From a virus: DNA of 64,000 nt. This document shows positions 20,701 through 28,598 of the stretch, one piece after another. Both the position numbers and the translations under genes were made by a program. The notes below the pieces were generated by a model. The model was not told the origin of the DNA. It searched no databases and worked only from the letters and a program-made list of their open reading frames with translations. The stretch lies in the IMG/VR virus record IMGVR_UViG_3300027782_000035. One strand, given 5' to 3'. The number at the start of each line of letters is the position of its first letter. Within the stretch, counting starts at the first letter, position 1.

Positions 20701-21093
20701 GCCGCCCGTAGAAGCAGGATTAGATACGCCAGCAGCACCATAATATACTTGAACACGATACGTATTCGTTAGATTTGCTGTATCAAATTCAGGTGGGATC
20801 CAATCTGTTAAACCAGTTTTCCATGTAGGATAAACGCTACCAATAACTGTAGTAGTTGTATCAGCCGTAGTTTGTATTCTTGCTGTTGTAGTATATGCTT
20901 GAACTACACCAGTAACAGCGGCCGCAGTCGTTGGGATTAAACCGGCCTGTGTCCATGTCTTATCGCCACGATTTATAAATGGACTTGCGGTAGCTTCATT
21001 CGATGCGCTTTTAAGCGCCGAAGTATCAGTCTTAGCGACGCCAAACAGCTTCTTGTATAATAAGTCTATTTTTGTTGGATCGGAGATTGCCAT
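17797..21093 (-). CDS. Long tail fibre protein
   Basis: VADPTQAQDAATKAYVD...LDVKQSVRAATT...GNRVLVKDQ...QNGVY domain, LPTTGTLATL repeats, C-terminal IDGGTY. Confidence 0.75.
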   Translation of the reverse strand: MAISDPTKIDLLYKKLFGVAKTDTSALKSASNEATASPFINRGDKTWTQAGLIPTTAAAVTGVVQAYTTTARIQTTADTTTTVIGSVYPTWKTGLTDWIPPEFDTANLTNTYRVQVYYGAAGVSNPASTGGTQIFADGSGGTGEWYFDYQAGTLHFLGGTIPTGMTGSSVIYIYGYRYIGTAGFAGSTLPVNNLRLGYTTTATAAGTTTLTAASTQNQFFTGSTTQTIVLPVASTMVIGDQYFIENNSTGNLTVNSSGGNLVVTVLPGTSVDVLCILASGTSAASWDAKYTGFATATGTGSVVLSTSPTLVTPTLGVASATSINGLTINASTGTLALANSKTLTVSNTLTFTGTDASSIAFGAGGTVTYTSNKLSAFSATTSAELAGVISDETGSGLLVFATSPTLTTPTLGVASATSINKVTITAPASGSTLTIADGKTLTASNTLTFTGTDSSSVAFGAGGTVLYNGGALGTPSSATLTNATGLPVATGISGLGTNIATFLATPSSANLASALTDEAGSGTVVFSTSPTLTTPTIGAATATSITGSTGNLSITAASGNNSISLVPTGTGTVDVNSKRITSVADPTQAQDAATKAYVDSLSNGLDVKQSVRAATTIALTAAYDNGTAGVGATLTNSGTQAAFALDGINLSVGNRVLVKDQAAALQNGVYTVTTIGTASVNWVLTRATDFDNSPGVEVGPGVFFFVEEGATNQDNGYVINTDSAITIGTSAINFSQFSGAGQIIAGDGLTKSGNTINAVGTANRISVAADAIDISTAYVGQATITTLGTIGTGTWNGSLIGSTYGGTGVNNGSNTLTLAGNVSYAGSFTQTFTATANTSVTLPTTGTLATLAGSEALTNKTVNGLTITSTTGTLTLVNGSTLATAGAFSTTLTATGTTTVTLPTTGTLATLTGSETFTNKTLTSPTINGGAASGLTTLAIRDTSAAFDVTIAATSSTVLTAGRTLTLDMVNAARSIKLAGNIDIAGNFSTAGAFATTLTATGATTLTLPTTGTLATLAGSESLSNKTITLSSFSGTTVAASGNVTFTSTTDASALGTAPVVLSGGLSVAKTIYVGTNITGAGAATSTLDGFAIDGGTY

Positions 21094-21113
21094 TTGTTAT
21101 TCCTATTGTTTTA

Positions 21114-23924
21114 TTAGACTGTTGAATCTCTTAAGTAAAGCTGCGTTATACTTTGGTTCGCAGTTAACTTGATTCTGACCCAAATTTCATTATTAGTTGC
21201 ATTAGTAGAACTCAATGTACCAAAAGAAGCATTCACCGTTTGTTGTGTAGTAGCACCTAAGTTAATATTTCCACCAAAAGCAGCACCATCGGCTAATGAA
21301 CTATCAATTCCTAGTGATAACCATTTGTTTAATGATGAAGTAGTTCCACTTGTTCCACCGGTTCCTGGCATTGCAACCCACATACCTGCAATTCCTGAAG
21401 GCGCAGTATATACGATACCAAACTTACCTACCGCAGTTCTGATAAACACGAAAGTAAAATATTGATTTGCATTGTGAGTTGAGAAATTAGGACCAGCTGG
21501 GTAATAACCAGTAGAGTAATTTGTTACATCATGTCTTAACGTGCCACCTACGATTTTAGCGTCATAGGTTTGTACTGTTCCTGACTGACTATTAAACGCA
21601 GTTTGACCAGCCGTAAATACAGGAGTGTCAGTAGATCCAGGGTTTGGAACACGGTATGCAGCAGGAGTTGATGCACCACCAACTAAAGCATTAAAGAAGA
21701 TGCTGTTTTCGTCTAATACTGTAGTTGAACCAGTCGTCGTTGATTTATAAAGAACGATTCCAGCCAGCGCTGTAGTGAAGGCTGAAGATCCAGTCGCATA
21801 ACTGTTTGCTACGCTTAATGTTGGACCAGTCGAACTTTGTCCGAAACCAGTGATAATTGAAGCAGTTGTAGGAATAGTTGCACTACCAGAAGCAACAAAT
21901 AAGTTTGCTGCTAGTGGAGTTGAAACACTAGCACCAGCATATGTTACTGTAGCAGGAGCATTAAACGCACCACCAGCACTACCAGTAGCAAAGTTATCCG
22001 AAGTTGGATACATGTCTCCGCTTAAACGATTAGCCGTTGCAGATAGCGTCCAGCTGTTCGCTGCAGCGCCATCAAAGTGAGCAACGCCACTACTATATCT
22101 ATAGTTTGGTGATGCTGGTGCAGTAATAGAAACTGGAGTGACAGTTGGAGTTCCTGGAGCACTAGAATCATAATACCATGAAGCAGTGTTAGTATTACCC
22201 GCACCACTGTGATTAATTTGAACAGTGTTCCAACCAGCTGGAACACTAGTACCACTTGCAGAGATATCGATAGTTTCCCAGAATCCTGGAGTACCAACTG
22301 GAGACGCAAGGTTGTTGGCAATAACTAAAGAAGTATTACTTGTAGTTGTTGTACCAGCATCACCTTGCGCAGTAAAGGTTAGAGTACCAGTAGCAGTAGA
22401 AGAAGCGCTAAAGTTAGCACCAATTGAACCACCATTAGTATTGTCGTATAATTTTATTGTGGCTTGATTCCCAGTAATAGACTGAACATAGTAGTAAGAA
22501 CCAGAAGCCAAACCACCGAAGCCAGTACCAGAAGCCAAGAACTTGTGTCCTGCTTGAATAACACCAGTAACAGGAGTAAGAGTAATAACTGCACTGGTAT
22601 TCGTAGTGGCAGAAGCAGTTGCGGTAACAACGGTTGCTGTAGTATTACCAACAGTTAATACATGGCTTGCAGTTGTAGATGTATTTCGTAAAACAGTAAT
22701 AGTACCATTATCTCCCGGACCTTGAGTAGATAAAGTGTTAGTACTAAATGTAGTTCCTCTTAGCGCAGAGACTGTAGAACCAGCGGCAACCTGCAATCCA
22801 GAGTTGCCATTAAGTACTTGGGATCCTTGAGCTACTGCAATGCGATAGCTCGTTACACCAGAAATCGTCAACGAAGCGGTTGGGAAATTTGATGGTTGAG
22901 TAGGAACGAGTTTACTTAAAATCTGATTCAAAGTACCAATCGTGTCTGTGACACTTGTTGCTGAAGTGAATGTTGCCGCACCGGTTAGTGTGCCAAGAGT
23001 TGGGGTGCCAACGGAAATACCAGTTGCACTTGGAGCAATAACAGTTCCGGTAAATGTTGGAGAGGCACTTAATACCATATTACCCGTACCAGTAACAGCA
23101 TTACTTAGAGTTACGCCACCATAAGTTAATGCAGACTGAAGAGTTGTTGCACCGGCAATATTTGAAGTACCACCAACCCATAAGTTTTCTGCAATACCAG
23201 CACCACCTGCAACAGTAAGAGCACCGGTAGTTATGCTAGTTGAAGTGGTTGTTGGAAGAACTGCTAAACGAGTTCTGTTTAAACCAAGATATTTTGTTGA
23301 AGTTGTATTATCTGCAGCAGCTGCAAAGAATTCTAATTCATCGTTTGAAGCACCAGAGGAAGTCTCAGCACGAATATATGTAAGGCCATCAACTGAACGA
23401 ACACCACCTAGTGATGTCCAAGCGCTTCCGTTATACCCTTCAAACGCAATATTATCACTATTAAAGCGAATAGCACCAGTAGTTGATGGTGATTGTTGAG
23501 CAGTTGTTCCAGATGGAATTACAAGCGCGTTAGTTCCAACGATAGAAACATAACCAGTGCCATTTGGATCTAAAACAATATTACCATTTGTATCACTAGA
23601 TGCAATTGTATTTGCTGCACCAGAACCACCAATATTTAAGTTCGTAGTTTTAAGTTGATCGACTTTACTATTTGAGTCAACTAGTATTGCAGAACTTGCT
23701 GTCAGTGTACCAGTGACATGATCTAACATATCAGTAAAGTATTTACCGCCAATCACATAATGGTTGGCTGCATCACCGGCAGTTTCTGTTCCAAAACCAA
23801 TATATAAGCGATCACCACCATTTGATTGCGTACCAGCTAAGGCAGAATACGCTATCTCGCCAGCTCCTAATGTTGATGGATTACCAGCGCTTGGTGATCG
23901 CTTAATTCTAATTATTGATGCCAT
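21114..23924 (-). CDS. Tail fibre/structural protein
   Basis: N-terminal MASIIRIKRS...LGAGEIAY...GGDRLYIG (Mtd_N-like attachment); PSGTTAQ...GAIRFN...FEGYNG motif. Confidence 0.7.
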   Translation of the reverse strand: MASIIRIKRSPSAGNPSTLGAGEIAYSALAGTQSNGGDRLYIGFGTETAGDAANHYVIGGKYFTDMLDHVTGTLTASSAILVDSNSKVDQLKTTNLNIGGSGAANTIASSDTNGNIVLDPNGTGYVSIVGTNALVIPSGTTAQQSPSTTGAIRFNSDNIAFEGYNGSAWTSLGGVRSVDGLTYIRAETSSGASNDELEFFAAAADNTTSTKYLGLNRTRLAVLPTTTSTSITTGALTVAGGAGIAENLWVGGTSNIAGATTLQSALTYGGVTLSNAVTGTGNMVLSASPTFTGTVIAPSATGISVGTPTLGTLTGAATFTSATSVTDTIGTLNQILSKLVPTQPSNFPTASLTISGVTSYRIAVAQGSQVLNGNSGLQVAAGSTVSALRGTTFSTNTLSTQGPGDNGTITVLRNTSTTASHVLTVGNTTATVVTATASATTNTSAVITLTPVTGVIQAGHKFLASGTGFGGLASGSYYYVQSITGNQATIKLYDNTNGGSIGANFSASSTATGTLTFTAQGDAGTTTTSNTSLVIANNLASPVGTPGFWETIDISASGTSVPAGWNTVQINHSGAGNTNTASWYYDSSAPGTPTVTPVSITAPASPNYRYSSGVAHFDGAAANSWTLSATANRLSGDMYPTSDNFATGSAGGAFNAPATVTYAGASVSTPLAANLFVASGSATIPTTASIITGFGQSSTGPTLSVANSYATGSSAFTTALAGIVLYKSTTTGSTTVLDENSIFFNALVGGASTPAAYRVPNPGSTDTPVFTAGQTAFNSQSGTVQTYDAKIVGGTLRHDVTNYSTGYYPAGPNFSTHNANQYFTFVFIRTAVGKFGIVYTAPSGIAGMWVAMPGTGGTSGTTSSLNKWLSLGIDSSLADGAAFGGNINLGATTQQTVNASFGTLSSTNATNNEIWVRIKLTANQSITQLYLRDSTV

Positions 23925-23942
23925 CTTTTATTTCTCCGAATA

Positions 23943-24200
23943 TTAATACTGTCCACCAGTTACATCTTGAGAGTCTAGCACTGTAGTGGTTGTCCATTTT
24001 TGTGTTGATGTTCTAAAAACTAAAACTGATCCATCGTTTAAATTAGAACGGTCAACGTCAATTGCATTATTAATTGCAAGTAGAGTCGCAGGACCTTGTA
24101 TACCCTGAGGACCTTGTATACCAACTGCAACAACTTCAGATGTGCCTTGCGTATTTACTACAACACTAGCTGGAATTGGTGTACTGACTTTTACTTTCAT
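23943..24200 (-). CDS. Small fibre connector with short collagen-like stretch
   Basis: GIQGPQGIQGP; C-terminal DVTGGQY, similar to the IDGGTY end of 17797..21093. Confidence 0.6.
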   Translation of the reverse strand: MKVKVSTPIPASVVVNTQGTSEVVAVGIQGPQGIQGPATLLAINNAIDVDRSNLNDGSVLVFRTSTQKWTTTTVLDSQDVTGGQY

Positions 24201-24535
24201 GGTATTCTAGTTATCTCTGGATTAAGTGTTATAATACCCTCGATTACACGAGTTTTAGAACCACCTGCAGCAATTATTTCAACATCATATAGATATCTTC
24301 CATGTTTAATTGCTGAGGATGCAACACCTGTAAGTGATAATCTTATCTTGCCTTGAAGCGCATTAGAAACTACGCATGTAAAAGCATACGCAGTAGCAGA
24401 TCCATAACTTTTTCTAAACTGAGAATACACTGTAACTCCAGTCAAATTCATAGCAATGCCATTATCGTTTTCGAGTGTTATTTCAGTTGTAAAATCAGAA
24501 CCCTGATCGATATCTAAATAAACGCTTGTAGCCAT
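24197..24535 (-). CDS. Fibre anchoring adaptor (BppU N-terminal-like)
   Basis: IDQGSDF...NLTG...GRYLYDVEI...RVIEGII...PEIT, a widespread myovirus adaptor type. Confidence 0.65.
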   Translation of the reverse strand: MATSVYLDIDQGSDFTTEITLENDNGIAMNLTGVTVYSQFRKSYGSATAYAFTCVVSNALQGKIRLSLTGVASSAIKHGRYLYDVEIIAAGGSKTRVIEGIITLNPEITRIP

Positions 24536-24538
24536 ATC

Positions 24539-26125
24539 TTATTTATCCAAACGTTGTTCTATAGATGTAAGTTTATCATCTATCTCTTTAATTGCTTCTA
24601 CAATTAGACCAAATAGAGAATCGTAGTTTAGCGTCATTCTATCTTCTGTTCCACCAATTGATTCTGGAGAAACTGGTTTAACATCCTGAGCGAGAAGACC
24701 TGCACTTCTCTTACCAGATTCAGTCATAGTGAATGTATATCCAGTCAATTGTCTGACTTTGGACAATGCACCTTTAATCTTTTCTAAATCAGTCTTAAAT
24801 CTTGCATCAGAAAGAGAATTAAATGTTGTAGAGTTTAAAGTGCCTGTACTAGGTTGATAATATAACTTTGTAGAAGAAACTTTTGTCGCAGTGATTGTTC
24901 CTGAGGTGACCGTAGTAAACTGGATATAATTCGTAGTAGCAGTAGACGAAGTATCATCTGTAACACTCTGAGCAGCATCAGCCCAGGAAGATGTAGTTCC
25001 ATTAGTGGTTAAAAACTTACCACTGTTACCAGTTTGACTTGGAAGCGAAATTGGAGCTGGTTGCCAAGCTGGAACTCCAGCAGTCACAGTTAGCAATTGA
25101 CCAGTTGATCCAATATTAAGTTTACTTAATGTATTTGTCGCTGAAGCATATAGAATATCTCCAGTAGCATATGTTCCTGTTCCTGTTCCACCAGAAGTAG
25201 CGCCAATAGTAGTGGCATTCCAAGTTCCCGTGGTAATGGTACCAACGCTTGCAAGGCTAGATAAAGTGGTTACAGCAGAATTTACCAAAGTTCCAGTTGT
25301 TGGAAATGTCACGGCCGTGTTGGCTGTTAATGTACCCGTAAAGGTGTAAGCTCCCGACATAGTGACGTTGCCACCAACGGTGATGGTACTTGATCCATTG
25401 TTGATTCCCGTTCCACCAGAAGTTGCTGGAAGAGCGTTAGTTAATACTGCAGAAGTTGCATAGACTGCACCACCAACACCAAGCCCACCTCCAACGATGA
25501 GAGCACCTGTATAAGTATTAGTAGAAGCAGTCGTTGAATTAATTGCAACAGTAGTGCCCTTTAAAGATACATCTGCAACAGTAGATGCACTAGAAAAATC
25601 GGTGACGCTGCTTCCATATGCGCCACCTACTCTAATGTACTGAGAAACTGAAGTGTTACCTGCTGTAATAACCATCGATGGATTCTGATCTATACCAACA
25701 GACCATGCTAAAGGATCTGCATGCAGCATCATGATGCCAGTAGCGGTCTTATTCGTATGCTGAATTATATATGGAGCAGTAAAAGAACCAGTAGTCGCAT
25801 TCCCTTGTATCCAGCGCGCTGTAAGATTTAACGCGTCAACGGTATCAACGCTAAAGTCTCCATTTACGTCTAAACTAGGTCTAAACACTAGTTTATTGAA
25901 ATTAGTGTTTAGATAACCACTTGTCGTAAATGCTTGCGCTGAGGTCTGATTACCAAATGTAACATTACCAATATGATTAGTAGTTCCACTATTTTCAAGC
26001 TTTCCATCGTTCAGAGAAGCGAAGTTACCATCGATCTCAGTGTTAGTGAGAGGCACATTACCCGCGGTCGTACTACCCGGTTTGGTCGGACTAGTTGTAT
26101 TTCCTCTAAACTTTAGAAATGCCAT
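24539..26125 (-). CDS. Tail fibre with C-terminal peptidase S74 intramolecular chaperone
   Basis: SDARFKTD...AGLLAQDV...PE...LNYDSLFGLIVEAIKEI; N-terminal PLTNTEIDGNF motif. Confidence 0.85.
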   Translation of the reverse strand: MAFLKFRGNTTSPTKPGSTTAGNVPLTNTEIDGNFASLNDGKLENSGTTNHIGNVTFGNQTSAQAFTTSGYLNTNFNKLVFRPSLDVNGDFSVDTVDALNLTARWIQGNATTGSFTAPYIIQHTNKTATGIMMLHADPLAWSVGIDQNPSMVITAGNTSVSQYIRVGGAYGSSVTDFSSASTVADVSLKGTTVAINSTTASTNTYTGALIVGGGLGVGGAVYATSAVLTNALPATSGGTGINNGSSTITVGGNVTMSGAYTFTGTLTANTAVTFPTTGTLVNSAVTTLSSLASVGTITTGTWNATTIGATSGGTGTGTYATGDILYASATNTLSKLNIGSTGQLLTVTAGVPAWQPAPISLPSQTGNSGKFLTTNGTTSSWADAAQSVTDDTSSTATTNYIQFTTVTSGTITATKVSSTKLYYQPSTGTLNSTTFNSLSDARFKTDLEKIKGALSKVRQLTGYTFTMTESGKRSAGLLAQDVKPVSPESIGGTEDRMTLNYDSLFGLIVEAIKEIDDKLTSIEQRLDK

Positions 26126-26154
26126 GATATTCCCTATGAAATTCTATTCTATTA

Positions 26155-26162
26155 TATTTATT
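26155..26162 (-). promoter_or_regulatory. Late promoter variant AATAAATA
   Basis: ATAAATA core overlapping the stop of 26158..26571, about 30 nt upstream of 26125. Confidence 0.5.
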
Positions 26163-26571
26163 GGTTTGAAAAAGAAGCTTCAATTGAATCTAACATTTCT
26201 AAAATTTTATTTAGTGCATCTTGAGTATGTTGAATTCTTAAATCTTGTATGATATCGTGCACGTATGTCTTGTAATAAAATGACCAAGTCTCTACACTAT
26301 TTCCATTCGAACCTTTTATTCTACGTACTAGTTTCTCTGATCTAATATAATATTCTAAAATCTTTTCTTCTGACGCGGTACCTCTTAAAGACTGAAGATA
26401 GATAACATCCATGTTATCATACGCATCATCATTATAGAGAATGGAATTCATAATAAGACAGTTGTCTTCACGACTTAATAAAGTGCTACGGCAATGATTG
26501 TCATCTCCGTGTTCAGTACATACTGGACATGCTTCTTTATTCTTTAGATACTCTTCAAGCGAAATTCCCAT
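26158..26571 (-). CDS. Small protein with CFI-box-CTERM-like domain and N-terminal CxxC/His motif
   Basis: CLIMNSIL...DV..LQSLR...ILEYYIRSEKLV..I resembles the pattern CFIAT...V..LR.FRD...YY..SP.IA. Recognised by eye only. Confidence 0.45.
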   Translation of the reverse strand: MGISLEEYLKNKEACPVCTEHGDDNHCRSTLLSREDNCLIMNSILYNDDAYDNMDVIYLQSLRGTASEEKILEYYIRSEKLVRRIKGSNGNSVETWSFYYKTYVHDIIQDLRIQHTQDALNKILEMLDSIEASFSNQ

Positions 26572-26574
26572 TAT

Positions 26575-28017
26575 TTAACTCCTGTCAAAAATTTTACGTA
26601 TTTTGTTGAATACTTTATCAATCATAGATATTGCACTAACAGCTACTAATAACACAGTGGTAATTCCCCAGATCAACGCAGTCTTGAGCCACATTGGTAA
26701 CTCTGTGTGCTTGTTAAAGCGTCCAATTGATCTACACATTGGCAACCCAATGTTCATGATAAAACGTCCAGCTGGATTGCTCTTGTCATATCCCTCAGCT
26801 TTCATGCGATAAGCCATTTCTTCAGCCCACGGTCTAGCGATAACGTCTAGATAATGTGCAACAATATTACTTTGAATCTGTTGACGACGTTGTTCATCTT
26901 GTACCCAGAACAATACAATCTTACGGAACCTCACACTGCCTTTGCCTTCTAGCAAATCAACTACAGGTTGTGCCCAACGCAAATAACCATTGAAAGCATC
27001 AGGATCTTGGTTTCGTAGCATTGCACCAAACTGTTGATCTGCAGCATTCATTGCCGAGTCAAAGAAGCCCATTTCTGCCAGTTTCTGGCAAATGATTTTA
27101 CAACTACCACCACCACCACCGGCAGGTGCAGGTGGTGGTGGTGGATAAGGAGTCATAGCTCCCGATATATTATTATATGCTACAGTTGAAGAAATTACAT
27201 TGGGTATATTGTTACCATAAACACGCTTCCAACTGCCAGAATCTCTTACGTATACATCCGTACACACATTCCACCATCCAAACCCTGAAGAATTCACGGC
27301 CTTAACATAAACTTCTTTAACATCTATTAGGTTTCCAGAAGAATTGTATTTAATGTCTGTTTGAGTAGAGTTAAACACGACAGCACCACCTGTACCATTG
27401 GCGCCATTTCCTCCAAGACCGCCTTGTCCAAAACCACCTCCTCCGCCATCAGCTAATAACGTATTATTGGACAATTCCATGTGCACAATATTTGCAAAGG
27501 TGCTCCCAAAATTTCCGCTCATAGCGCCATTATCGCCGTCAGGAATAGTTCCTCCAGTTCCACCGTTATATCCACCGCCGCCGCCGCCAGCTCCACCTCC
27601 ATCGCCTTGGTGATCTTGGCCATGTCCTCCGCGACCGAACGTAGTTTCTGAAATAGTCTTTTCATCATACGCTGATCGCGTTGTCCACATATATGTTGTC
27701 GCGCCTGGCGCAAGAGCAGACGCAGCAACTGAACTAATACCACCCCAATTTCTAGCATATACGTCTACGGTATGCCATCCAGCAGGAACGTAGTGATAAA
27801 AATCATGTGGTTGATAATCAGGTGCATCGGTAGGAGTATTTCCTATGTAATCTGCCACACCATTTACCTCACCATTATCAAGCCATAGAAACGCATAGTC
27901 ATCGGCAGCAATAGTAAATTTATAATTTCCACTTGTTGCAAAGTAAACTTCATACCTACTACGCTCGGCGAGATACTGTATACCGTAGTCATTTAAAAAT
28001 TGAGAATAATAGCTCAA
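26575..28017 (-). CDS. PA14-like plus Gly-rich adhesin with C-terminal poly-Gly-Cys domain and hydrophobic helix
   Basis: SGNYKFTIAADDYAFLWLDN...AGWHTVDV..RNWGG (PA14-like); Gly-rich block; PPPPPAPAGGGGGSCKIIC; hydrophobic WLKTALIWGITTVLLVAVSAI; TTG start overlapping the upstream TGA. Confidence 0.65.
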   Translation of the reverse strand: MSYYSQFLNDYGIQYLAERSRYEVYFATSGNYKFTIAADDYAFLWLDNGEVNGVADYIGNTPTDAPDYQPHDFYHYVPAGWHTVDVYARNWGGISSVAASALAPGATTYMWTTRSAYDEKTISETTFGRGGHGQDHQGDGGGAGGGGGGYNGGTGGTIPDGDNGAMSGNFGSTFANIVHMELSNNTLLADGGGGGFGQGGLGGNGANGTGGAVVFNSTQTDIKYNSSGNLIDVKEVYVKAVNSSGFGWWNVCTDVYVRDSGSWKRVYGNNIPNVISSTVAYNNISGAMTPYPPPPPAPAGGGGGSCKIICQKLAEMGFFDSAMNAADQQFGAMLRNQDPDAFNGYLRWAQPVVDLLEGKGSVRFRKIVLFWVQDEQRRQQIQSNIVAHYLDVIARPWAEEMAYRMKAEGYDKSNPAGRFIMNIGLPMCRSIGRFNKHTELPMWLKTALIWGITTVLLVAVSAISMIDKVFNKIRKIFDRS

Positions 28018-28595
28018 AATATGCCCCCGTTGTAGCCGGTGTTGGTATCGCCGCCACTATTATCTGTTACAGGACCTGTTGGTTGTGGTGGAGAAGCTGC
28101 ATAATAGTGTTTAATAGGTTGTATCGTATATACACTTGCATTGCTATAACCATTACTATAGTAACCTCCGCCACCTCCACCAGGTCCTCCAGGAGAAATC
28201 GCAATTATATTTGAAATACTTTGATAACCATTGACGCCATTTTTCCAAATTAAGCTTGCGCCACCGCCACCACCACCGCCACCTGAGCTCCCGGTCGGTC
28301 CAGCATTTCCTCCAGATCCTCCGGAATAATTATTAATCGCATATCCGCCAGCTCCACCAGCGTAACTGGCTAAATTTGCGCCACTACCAGGTCCACCAAG
28401 CGCGCAATATATTGTTTCGCCCGCTAAAAGCCGAATGCTACCAGTTGTGATTACACCATTATATCCAGGACTACCCGTAAGACGATCCGTGCCACCTGCG
28501 CCACCGCCGCCGCCAATCATTTGAAATTCTACAACACAATTCTTAGACGCAGTTATTTCGTAGACAACGTCTTTATTATATGATAGTAAGAACAT
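28014..28595 (-). CDS. N-terminal half of a glycine-rich adhesin domain
   Basis: VEFQMIGGGGGAGG...LLAGETIYCALGG...GGGGGGGGAS...IIAISPGGPGGGGG. Confidence 0.6.
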   Translation of the reverse strand: MFLLSYNKDVVYEITASKNCVVEFQMIGGGGGAGGTDRLTGSPGYNGVITTGSIRLLAGETIYCALGGPGSGANLASYAGGAGGYAINNYSGGSGGNAGPTGSSGGGGGGGGASLIWKNGVNGYQSISNIIAISPGGPGGGGGGYYSNGYSNASVYTIQPIKHYYAASPPQPTGPVTDNSGGDTNTGYNGGIF

Positions 28596-28598
28596 ATA

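Noticed and set aside
24540-24547. GATAAATA as a late promoter
   Set aside because: It is only 4 nt from the next ATG and overlaps a stop codon; it could be chance in AT-rich DNA.
11650-26125. Invertase-driven tail-fibre shufflon
   Set aside because: All fibre genes are co-oriented, and no recombinase or inverted crossover sites were seen.
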